From Anaerolineaceae bacterium (GTDB lineage: Bacteria; Chloroflexota; Anaerolineae; Anaerolineales; Anaerolineaceae): a stretch of DNA of 64,000 nucleotides. Location: positions 743-64,742 of the forward strand of contig DAOUGM010000015.1 of assembly GCA_034428895.1 (NCBI GenBank). Reading direction: 5' to 3'. Below, piece by piece: positions 36,989-44,903 of the stretch. The position numbers and the translations under genes are program-made. The first letter of the stretch is position 1; each line of letters opens with the position of its first letter. The notes below the pieces were generated by a model. That model saw nothing but the letters and a program-made list of their open reading frames with translations. It was not told where the DNA came from and did not search any database.

Positions 36989-37873
36989 TCACTCTCCGTT
37001 GTTGTTCAACGCTTTCAATTGCTCCCGCAGCGAATCCAGTTTGTCCAGTGTCGGCATGATGGTTTCCTGCTCTTCGCCGGCAACGGAAAGGAGCAATGCG
37101 TTGATCACCGTCATGGGTACAACCAGGGAGTGGAATTCCCCCACCGGTCCACGGCGCGCTGCGAGCATCACGTCCGCCTTGTCGCCCAGGAGAACATCCA
37201 ACGTGTCGGTGAGCATGATGATGGGGCAGCCTACCTTTTTGCCGTAATCCAGGACGAGATTCAAAGCGGGATTCTGATCGAAAAAGCAGATGACGAAAAG
37301 CAGGTCGTTTTTGGTTAACTGCAGCAGCGGTTCGAGCATTTCGCGGCCGGAGGTCTTGAGGGGGATGACATGTTTTCCGAAACGATGCAGCCGGATTTCC
37401 ATGAGATCCACCAGGGAGATGGAAGGCCCAAGACCGAATACGAAGATGCGCTGGTGGGAATGCATCAGTTTTACGGCCTTGTTCATGGCTTTGCGGTCAA
37501 TGGATTCCAACGCCTGGGTCAGGTAATCGATCTCGGTGGCAGTGGTGCGCTCAAAAATATCTCCCCCTTCGCGCATTTCATCCAGGCGGCCCCGCAAGCG
37601 TGCCGAGTGCGTGACGCGCTGCCGGAAATTCTGCTGAAGAACGGCACGCATGGCTGGGTAACTGCCAAAGCCCAGCGTTCTGGCAAAACGAACCAGGGTT
37701 GCCTCGCTCAAGTCCAGGCGCCTGGCAATCTCCCCCGCGGAAAGGAACGCAGATTCCTCCTGGTTCTTGCGCAGGAAATTGGCGATGCGCTTCTCACTTT
37801 TTGTGAAACTGGCGAATTGTTCACTGATCAAAAGGCTGAAATCGACATTTTGGGGTAGTTTTTCGTCAGTCAT
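36989..37873 (-). CDS. RpiR/MurR-family transcriptional regulator (HTH_6 plus SIS phosphosugar-binding domain)
   Basis: HTH region SEKRIANFLRKNQEESAFLSAGEIARRLDLSEATLVRFARTLGF followed by a SIS domain (IFVFGLGPS...). Start revised to ATG at 37873 (MTDEKLPQ...). Confidence 0.85.
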   Translation of the reverse strand: MTDEKLPQNVDFSLLISEQFASFTKSEKRIANFLRKNQEESAFLSAGEIARRLDLSEATLVRFARTLGFGSYPAMRAVLQQNFRQRVTHSARLRGRLDEMREGGDIFERTTATEIDYLTQALESIDRKAMNKAVKLMHSHQRIFVFGLGPSISLVDLMEIRLHRFGKHVIPLKTSGREMLEPLLQLTKNDLLFVICFFDQNPALNLVLDYGKKVGCPIIMLTDTLDVLLGDKADVMLAARRGPVGEFHSLVVPMTVINALLLSVAGEEQETIMPTLDKLDSLREQLKALNNNGE

Positions 37874-37941
37874 GTACCACCTGGATATTTGATTAATGAA
37901 AAAAGGGAAAAACGACAATATCGCAAATGGTGTATGACCAC

Positions 37942-37983
37942 TTGCATTTGCAACAGTATACAGCAAATTAAAAATATATGCAA
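37942..37983 (-). promoter_or_regulatory. Candidate sigma-70 promoter with an adjacent TTGCA-AA-TGCAA palindrome (candidate RpiR operator)
   Basis: Minus strand: TTGCAT (37978-37983), 17-nt spacer, TATACT (37955-37960), then TTGCAAATGCAA (37942-37953) at about +1. More TTGCA half-sites lie upstream (TTTGCAATTTTACTTGCAT). Confidence 0.45.
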
Positions 37984-38014
37984 GTAAAATTGCAAAGAAG
38001 GTTGTTCTCCCTGG

Positions 38015-39220
38015 TTAATGATTGGATAAGCCATCACCCAAAACCTTTTGGAGATCTGTCGTAAGCCAGATCTCGGCATTCGTGGTATCGACCAGCATGT
38101 CGCATGTCTTCATTTGCGGTCGGTAGACCTCTTCCGCCATGATGTATTGCTCCCGGAAATAGCGGTTCAGGAAATACATCAACTCATACTTCTTGCGGTA
38201 CTCCATGTCGCGCTTCCATTTTCTCTTCAACCGGATTTCATCATCGGTCAGATAAACCACTTTGAGGCTGATCATGCTGGCGATCTCAGGCAGGAGGAAC
38301 GGGAAATTCCCTTCCATGAATATTACATCGGCAGCGGGTACATAAATGGGCGTGCATCCAGGTCTCAGGTTTCCCTGCATGTCGTGGCTGGATGTGGCAC
38401 GCACGAAATCATACCGGGGAATGCTGATCGCTTTTCCATGATAGATATCCATTAGCGATTGCTTGAACAGTTCATAATGCAGGGCTTCCTTCCCGCGCGA
38501 GTCGATGCCGTGTTCCTCCCTGAAATCGCGGTCGGTCAGGAAATTGTCCATCTCGATGCCGATCACTTTTCTTCCGGTGCGCTCGAATGCTTCCCGCAGC
38601 CGCTCGACGATCTCTGTTTTCCCGGCCGCGGTTTGCCCAGCGATGGCAATAATTACGGGTAACCCTTTCAACGCAGCCAGCTTTTGGATCGTACTGAGAA
38701 AACACTCGTCCACCTCGGCATTTGCCTGTTGGAATAATTTGTATCCAACCGATTGCACGTGATCAAAAAGATCACGGCGGCTCTCGAATTTCCGCCAGGG
38801 TTTGTACGCCAGGTGAGCCTCGATCTCGGGTGTGAAATATGCCGTACGGTGGAGGAAATAAAATCCGCGGATGTCGAAATAGAAATGCTTCTTGATCCAA
38901 TCCGGCGGGTAGGCTTCCGTTACCAATCCCACACACAGCATGCGCGTCAGGTTAAGGATGTTTTCATCCATCACAATTCGACCCCCGATGCGGGGTTTGA
39001 GCTGGACGGCTTCGTAAAAATTGATGTTGTTGACCTTTCTCTCGATCTCCAACATGGAATCCGGTTTTACTGCCTCCCACCCATCCGCCAGATGCACGCC
39101 TTCGCAAGCGTAGTGAAATTCATCCAATTCCAGGTCAGCCATGCCAGGGCAAACGGACTTCATTTTTTCATACAATGCCGGCAGGCAATCCTGCAGGGAA
39201 GATCGGGATGACACGCTCAT
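38015..39220 (-). CDS. Two-domain protein: unrecognised N-terminal domain (~190 aa) plus uridine kinase / phosphoribulokinase-family P-loop kinase domain (paralog A)
   Basis: 401 aa with P-loop IAIAGQTAAGKTE. The rest follows the Udk/PRK pattern: MDNF...(H)YELF...G..ISIPRYDF...DVIFMEGNFPF...LKVVYLTDDEIRLKRKWKRD. It is a paralog of 40453..41655. Confidence 0.75.
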   Translation of the reverse strand: MSVSSRSSLQDCLPALYEKMKSVCPGMADLELDEFHYACEGVHLADGWEAVKPDSMLEIERKVNNINFYEAVQLKPRIGGRIVMDENILNLTRMLCVGLVTEAYPPDWIKKHFYFDIRGFYFLHRTAYFTPEIEAHLAYKPWRKFESRRDLFDHVQSVGYKLFQQANAEVDECFLSTIQKLAALKGLPVIIAIAGQTAAGKTEIVERLREAFERTGRKVIGIEMDNFLTDRDFREEHGIDSRGKEALHYELFKQSLMDIYHGKAISIPRYDFVRATSSHDMQGNLRPGCTPIYVPAADVIFMEGNFPFLLPEIASMISLKVVYLTDDEIRLKRKWKRDMEYRKKYELMYFLNRYFREQYIMAEEVYRPQMKTCDMLVDTTNAEIWLTTDLQKVLGDGLSNH

Positions 39221-39226
39221 AAAAAG

Positions 39227-40432
39227 TTATGCTCCGTATTTCGCAAGACGTCCAGCATGCCCAAGGGCGAGGGGCATGATGCTTGTAGCCGGGATGCACC
39301 CCAGGCTGCCATGCGCACAGGCGCGTTCGCCGAATTGGGAGATCCCTTCGGGCCGGCACGTGCTGGAGTACAGCAGCAGGGGGACGGGATGCCAGCTGTG
39401 GGATTGCAGCACTGCCGGGGAGGAATGATCCCCTCCGATGATGAGTACATCCGGCTGCAGCTCTGTGACATGCGGCAGCAGTGCGTCGAACTCTTCAATG
39501 GCCTTGACCTTGCCGTCGAAATCGCCCATCTCGCCGCAGGTATCGGTCTTTTTAAAATGAAGATAAAAGAAATCGTAGTTCTGCCAGTGTTTCTCCATTG
39601 CCGCGAACTCATCCGCCAGGATTGTTCCACCAACGGGCAATACCTCCATCCCCACCAGCCTGGCGACCCCGCGGTACATTCCGTTGACCGCCACGGCTGC
39701 GGAGGTTATCTTATAGAGGTCAGTAAAGCTGGCCAGTGTGGGAAATTTTGAAAAACCGCGCAGCATGATCATATTGGCGGGTGAATGTCCTTTTAACACC
39801 ATCCTGGCTTTGGCGATGAATTCATTCACGATCTCAGCGGTTTTCGCAGAACCGGGTGTGCGTGGGTTGGCGGGATACGGCGGCACCCCGTTGATCAACG
39901 GATCCGAATCCGTCAGGTCGGCTTCGAGACCCCTGGCGCGCAGGATAAATGCAAAGCGGTGTTCTTTTACCGGTTCGACAAACAGCTCCACCCCATCGAT
40001 CTGGATTGCACGCAAAAGTTCCACCAGTTGTGCGCTCTCTGCCGATGGGATCCGTCCGGCACGCCTGTCGATGACCCGCCCATGCTCATCGACCGTACAG
40101 AAATTTCCCCGCGCCGCGATGTCATCGGGGCCAACCTCGAAATCCACCCCCAGCGCTTCCAGAACGCCTCGGCCAATCTCGTTTTTGATGGGATCGTAAC
40201 CAAAGAGCGCCAGGTGCCCCGGACCGCTGCCGACGGTGATGCCAGGTCCGGCAGGCTGGCTCAAACCCAGGAGAGAACGATTGGCGAGGGCATCCAGGTT
40301 GGGAGTGAAAGCAGTTTCCAGCTCGGTCTTTCCTCCCACCTCGCGTGGTAAACCGCCCAGGCCGTCCAGAATGAGCATGACAATTTTGCTGGTCGCCGGA
40401 ACGGTTTGTTTTTGAAAAAAGGATGTAAACAT
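39227..40432 (-). CDS. apgM: ApgM-type (archaeal-type, cofactor-independent) phosphoglycerate mutase family protein
   Basis: 401 aa with IVMLILDGLGG, the catalytic-Ser context VGSGPGHLALFGYDP, and the C-terminal GGDHSSP and H..PVP metal-ligand motifs of the alkaline-phosphatase superfamily. Confidence 0.8.
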   Translation of the reverse strand: MFTSFFQKQTVPATSKIVMLILDGLGGLPREVGGKTELETAFTPNLDALANRSLLGLSQPAGPGITVGSGPGHLALFGYDPIKNEIGRGVLEALGVDFEVGPDDIAARGNFCTVDEHGRVIDRRAGRIPSAESAQLVELLRAIQIDGVELFVEPVKEHRFAFILRARGLEADLTDSDPLINGVPPYPANPRTPGSAKTAEIVNEFIAKARMVLKGHSPANMIMLRGFSKFPTLASFTDLYKITSAAVAVNGMYRGVARLVGMEVLPVGGTILADEFAAMEKHWQNYDFFYLHFKKTDTCGEMGDFDGKVKAIEEFDALLPHVTELQPDVLIIGGDHSSPAVLQSHSWHPVPLLLYSSTCRPEGISQFGERACAHGSLGCIPATSIMPLALGHAGRLAKYGA

Positions 40433-40452
40433 GGCAATCCTCGATCAATCAT

Positions 40453-41655
40453 TCATGGTTGTGGGAACGATGAGAGATCTAATCCTTGAGCAAGTTTTGA
40501 TGTGACCCAGAGCGCTGCTCCGGTGGTATCCACGACCATATCACATAAAGACATCAAAGGGCGATACACTTCCTCCGCCCGCAGGAACTGGGTCCTGAAA
40601 TAACGGTTGCAGAAATAAACCTGGTCGTATTTCTTGCGGTAATCGATATCCCGCCGCCACTTGCGTTTGAGCCGCACCGGATCGTCAGTCAAATAGACGA
40701 TTTTCAACCCCACCCACTGGGCGATTTCGGGCAAATGGAAGGGGAAATTGCCTTCCAGGAAGATGATATCCGCCGGGTCAATTTGAATGGGTGTCTGCCC
40801 GGGTCGAAGATTTCCGTCGAGGTCGTGGCTCGAAGTGGTGGTGATGAAGTTGTAGCGCGGGATATTGACCGTTCGCCCCTGCATGAGATTTTGCAGGCTG
40901 TTGCGGAAAATCTCAAAGTGGATCACGTTCTGATCCAGTACCTTGCCGTCGCGAAAGCTGCCGTCCTTATAAAAGTTGTCCATTTCAATGGAAACGATGC
41001 TCTTGCCGCGTTGTTGAAACATCTCTTTCAGCCTTTGGGCAATTTCCGTTTTCCCTGAACCGGAAGGGCCTGCGAGGGTCATAAGAAAGGGAAGCGGAGC
41101 AGTCTCAACCAGTTTATGAACGATGTGCATGAACGCCTGGTCGATTTCCTCGTTTGCCGCAATGAACTCCCGCAGGCCGATGTCCTGGCGGCTTTCGAAG
41201 GTTCTTTGTTTTTTCTCGAAAAGTAAGCGCGGTTTTTCATTCAAATGCCCGCGGACCTCCGGAGGAAAATACTCTGTCCGAACGAAGAATAAAAAACCGC
41301 GAATATCAAAGTAAAACAGGTTGCCGATCCAGTCCACCGGGTAAGTACCGGTTACCAATCCTTTGAACAAAGTCTGCGCGAGTTGAACGATGGTTCGATC
41401 AAGTACGATATGATCTTCTCTCAGCGGTTTGAGTTGTATGCCGCTGAAGAATTTGTGCTGGCGAACGCGTGTTTCGATTTCCTCCACGCCCGGGAGAGGA
41501 ACGCTTAACCAGCCGGATTCGGGAATAAGGTTGCCGAGTGCATAATCGAACTCATACCATTCAAGATCGTTGATCCCCGGACAGACCTTTTTCATTGCAT
41601 CGAAAAGGATGCGGGAGAAAAGCCCGCGATCATTCAGGATCGAGGCATCGATCAT
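40453..41655 (-). CDS. Two-domain protein: unrecognised N-terminal domain plus uridine kinase / PRK-family P-loop kinase domain (paralog B)
   Basis: 400 aa with P-loop TLAGPSGSGKTE. It is collinear with paralog A over its full length, for example CPGINDLEWYEFDYA, YPVDWIGNLFYFDIRGFLFF, NIPRYNF and IVYLTDDPVRLKRKWRRD. Confidence 0.75.
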   Translation of the reverse strand: MIDASILNDRGLFSRILFDAMKKVCPGINDLEWYEFDYALGNLIPESGWLSVPLPGVEEIETRVRQHKFFSGIQLKPLREDHIVLDRTIVQLAQTLFKGLVTGTYPVDWIGNLFYFDIRGFLFFVRTEYFPPEVRGHLNEKPRLLFEKKQRTFESRQDIGLREFIAANEEIDQAFMHIVHKLVETAPLPFLMTLAGPSGSGKTEIAQRLKEMFQQRGKSIVSIEMDNFYKDGSFRDGKVLDQNVIHFEIFRNSLQNLMQGRTVNIPRYNFITTTSSHDLDGNLRPGQTPIQIDPADIIFLEGNFPFHLPEIAQWVGLKIVYLTDDPVRLKRKWRRDIDYRKKYDQVYFCNRYFRTQFLRAEEVYRPLMSLCDMVVDTTGAALWVTSKLAQGLDLSSFPQP

Positions 41656-41658
41656 CGT

Positions 41659-43266
41659 TTATCCTCCATAATAATGCTGACCCATGCCTAACACCAATGC
41701 ATCGTATGCTTTTTTGATCCTGGTATAGTTGCCGTCGCGATCGAGGGCGATCCCGCGGCCGACGGCTGTGACAATTTGTCCAACTCCGATCGCGGCGATC
41801 TTGTGTTCGAGTTTTTCAAGCAGGGCGGGCGCACTGCCGGGTTCGGTGCTCCTGCCGTCGAAAATTAAATGAAGATAGACTTCCTGTAAACCCTTTTCAC
41901 TCGCCATCTGAAGTAAAGCGAGAGGGTAGTCAATACAGCCGTGGGAGCTCTTTTCGGTGAGCAGTCCGATCAAATGCAAACTGGTCTTGCGCTGCAATAC
42001 GCCGTCGATCGCATGAAGAAAGACCTCGTTTTTTGAAAAGGTGCCATCACCCAATGAATTATCGAGGCGCACATCGTCCTGCTCGATGATCCGCCCGGCG
42101 CCGATATTCAAATGTCCGGCCTCGGAGTTGCCGTTCTTTCCGGCTCGAAGCCCGACGTCTTCCCCTGCGGCTTGCAGTTGTGCAAGACCATACCGCTGCA
42201 GCAAACCATCCCAGATCGGGGTGCGCGCGAGAAATATGGGGTTGGTATCGTCGTCTTTGCCAATGCCCCAGCCGTCCAGGATGATCAGAAGTACCTTTCT
42301 TCTTTCTCCATATTCGTGATTTGCGATAAGGTTGTTTCCGGTCATGGAGTCCGGAACGTTCAAGCCCATGGCCGACAGTATTGTCGGAGCAAGGTCGGCA
42401 AGCTTACCGTTGGAAACACGTAAGGGTTTACTGCTTTTAGGGTCGATCAGGACCAGGGGCACCGGGTTCGCGGTATGAGAGACGTGCGGTTTTCCTTCCT
42501 CGGTGAAGAGCTGTTCAAGGTTGCCGTGGTCGGCGGTGACCGCGATCACGTAACCGGCGGTTGTGGCTGTTTTAACGACTTCACCCAGGTGACAATCAAG
42601 TGCTTCGGCGCATTGGATCTTGGCTTCACGATTCGATGTATGCCCGATCACATCCCCGTTGGCAAAATTGGTCACGATCAGGTCATAACCTGCCTGGATG
42701 GCCCGGGTGACTTCCCGGGTGACCTCGGGCAGGTTGAGCTGCGGCACCTGGTCGAATGGGATGCCTTTAGGCGAGGGGATGCGTTCATCTGTTTCACCAT
42801 GAAAAGGCTGATTATTTCCACCGTTAAGGAAGAAGGTCACATGGGCGAATTTCTCGGATTCCGCGCAATGGAACTGGCTCAAGCCGGCGCGGCTGACCGC
42901 TTCTGCAAGCGTGCCCTTGATCTGCGAGGGCAGGAAAGCCACCGGCAGGTCCTTGAATTTTTCGTGGTACAGCGTAAGGATGACAAATTCGAGGGGAGCC
43001 AGGTTCAGGCGTTGAAAATGCGGAAAATTAATATCAGTGAAAGCCTCGGTCAGTTCGATCTCGCGCTCGCCGCGCCGGCAGCAAAAAATGACGCCATCCC
43101 CCGGGCTGATCACTCCGACGGGAGTGCCGGATTCATCGACGCGCACCAACGGCTCCATCGAGTAATCTGTTTGCCCGGCTGCATATGCCTGTTCGACAGC
43201 CCTGGCCAGTTGAATTCCTCCATGCGAGAGATCGTTTTTCATCTTCATCCCTTTCGCCTCACTCAC
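41659..43266 (-). CDS. GpmI-type cofactor-independent phosphoglycerate mutase homolog with circularly permuted domain order
   Basis: 535 aa. Residues ~1-315 match the C-terminal part of canonical iPGM (AESEKFAHVTFFLNGG, NFANGDVIGH, VTADHGN, SHTANPVP, LADLAPTILSAMGL, MTGNNLI). Residues ~323-535 match the canonical N-terminal part (KVLLIILDGWG, GNSEAGHLNIGAGR, SLHLIGLL, IFDGRS, GRGIALDRD). Confidence 0.8.
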   Translation of the reverse strand: MSEAKGMKMKNDLSHGGIQLARAVEQAYAAGQTDYSMEPLVRVDESGTPVGVISPGDGVIFCCRRGEREIELTEAFTDINFPHFQRLNLAPLEFVILTLYHEKFKDLPVAFLPSQIKGTLAEAVSRAGLSQFHCAESEKFAHVTFFLNGGNNQPFHGETDERIPSPKGIPFDQVPQLNLPEVTREVTRAIQAGYDLIVTNFANGDVIGHTSNREAKIQCAEALDCHLGEVVKTATTAGYVIAVTADHGNLEQLFTEEGKPHVSHTANPVPLVLIDPKSSKPLRVSNGKLADLAPTILSAMGLNVPDSMTGNNLIANHEYGERRKVLLIILDGWGIGKDDDTNPIFLARTPIWDGLLQRYGLAQLQAAGEDVGLRAGKNGNSEAGHLNIGAGRIIEQDDVRLDNSLGDGTFSKNEVFLHAIDGVLQRKTSLHLIGLLTEKSSHGCIDYPLALLQMASEKGLQEVYLHLIFDGRSTEPGSAPALLEKLEHKIAAIGVGQIVTAVGRGIALDRDGNYTRIKKAYDALVLGMGQHYYGG

Positions 43267-43284
43267 CTTGAGCTGGCAAATGGT

Positions 43285-44073
43285 CTATTCCAACCCGCTC
43301 GATGTGGATAATTCGACTGTGCGAATCTTCTCCATGCACACCTGCGGGACCTTGGGGAAGAGCTGTAATAGCTCACTAAACTCGTAGATAACGGCATCCG
43401 GTTTGTTTTCTTCTGTGACTGATTCCTGCGCCAAATCCTCCGGACTGATCATGATGACGACCATGCCGAAGCCGGCGTTGCGCGTACCGGTCACATCACG
43501 CTGCAGGTTGTCGCCGACATAGACGCATTTGGCGGGTTCCGTTTCAGCGCGGCGTGCAGCTTCATAATAGATCTCCGGATCCGGTTTGCGTACGCCCATC
43601 ACCGAGGAGAGCACCACGGATTTGAAATATCCGGCCAGGTTGTCGGCTTCCAGCCAATCCGGTATTTCCCTGGAGGTGATCACGTTGCTGATCAAGCCCA
43701 GGGTGTATCCACGGCGGTGAAGCTCGGCAACCACTTCACTGCCGTTTTCCACCATCACCCTGAGTCCCATGGACTGGCGATACTGGTAGGTCAATTCAAG
43801 TCCCAATGGGGCAACTTTTTCCGCCGGAAACTCCGGTGCCAACCAGCGCGTCCATAACTCCGACTCGGGAGCCTCTTTGAGGTTGGCAAAAGCCCACTTT
43901 CGGTATACCTTATATCGTTCGTCCACTTTTTGAATAAATGAATCCGGATCCTCATGCGTGCCCAACAGTTCAACGATCCTGCGCCTGGCTCGGGCTTGAT
44001 GGTCTTCATTGGGCGTCAGGATGCGCAGGGTATTGCCGACGTCCAGGAAAATTGCTTCGATCTCAGGGTTCAT
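43285..44073 (-). CDS. HAD-like hydrolase, DVGNT subfamily (paralog 2)
   Basis: Motifs IFLDVGNTL, LGLISNV, VRKPDP, YVGDNLQRD. Start revised to ATG at 44073 (MNPEIEAIF..., RBS AAGGGAAG), which removes the overlap with the upstream paralog. Confidence 0.8.
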   Translation of the reverse strand: MNPEIEAIFLDVGNTLRILTPNEDHQARARRRIVELLGTHEDPDSFIQKVDERYKVYRKWAFANLKEAPESELWTRWLAPEFPAEKVAPLGLELTYQYRQSMGLRVMVENGSEVVAELHRRGYTLGLISNVITSREIPDWLEADNLAGYFKSVVLSSVMGVRKPDPEIYYEAARRAETEPAKCVYVGDNLQRDVTGTRNAGFGMVVIMISPEDLAQESVTEENKPDAVIYEFSELLQLFPKVPQVCMEKIRTVELSTSSGLE

Positions 44074-44101
44074 TTTTCGGTCTTCCCTTATGAAGAATGG
44101 G

Positions 44102-44833
44102 TTATTTGCGGGGTGGAAAAATATCCAGCAGTTGGCGGGTTTCCTTGATGGCGTAATCCGGTTGATGTTCCCCACTCGGAGGTTCTTTTGCCAGGGTGGC
44201 AGGCTCTTCAAAGAGGATCATCATCCCAAATCCGGCTGCGCGCGTCCCATCCACATCGCGCACCGGGTTATCACCCACGTAAGCGCATTTGGCGGGTTCC
44301 ACGCCGATATCGCGAGCAGCCATCCAATAAATTTCAGGGTCGGGTTTTCGATACCTTACTTTGGATGAGAGGATTACGGTTTTTAAGTATTTACCCAGAC
44401 CCTCGCTTTCCATCCAATCCGGGATCTCGGTCTCGGTGATGGTGTTGGCAATGATGCCCAGTTTATAACCGCGGCGGTCGAGCTCAATGATGGTCGATTT
44501 GGCGTCATCACGCGGAACCCGTCGTCCGTCATGATCGCGCCACAAACGGGTCAGTTTGCCAGCCATGGGAGCGATCTTCTCATAGGGGTAATCGGGGAGG
44601 AGGTGGATGGTCCATAATTCCTTCTCTGAGGCTTCGACCAGCGTTTCCTTGGATGTTTTGCGGTGTTTTTTCCATCGGGTTTCGAGCTTTTCGAAGAATT
44701 CCTCTTCGGTTTCCGTGGTGCCAACCAGCGCCATTAAGTCCTTGCGGGCCTGGGCTTGAAACTCAGGCTCTTCCAACAGAATTCGCAACGTGTTGCCGAC
44801 ATCCAGAAAAATGGCTTCAATTTCGGAATTCAT
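44102..44833 (-). CDS. HAD-like hydrolase, DVGNT subfamily (paralog 1)
   Basis: 243 aa with motifs IFLDVGNTL, LGIIANT, YRKPDP, YVGDNPVRD. RBS is CAGGAG. It is the first gene of the co-directional array. Confidence 0.8.
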   Translation of the reverse strand: MNSEIEAIFLDVGNTLRILLEEPEFQAQARKDLMALVGTTETEEEFFEKLETRWKKHRKTSKETLVEASEKELWTIHLLPDYPYEKIAPMAGKLTRLWRDHDGRRVPRDDAKSTIIELDRRGYKLGIIANTITETEIPDWMESEGLGKYLKTVILSSKVRYRKPDPEIYWMAARDIGVEPAKCAYVGDNPVRDVDGTRAAGFGMMILFEEPATLAKEPPSGEHQPDYAIKETRQLLDIFPPRK

Positions 44834-44903
44834 GTTTGCTCCTGAATGAAAGTATGGATATCTTGCAAAATAAGGAAAAATGAAATAAAACTTACATTTG
44901 TAT

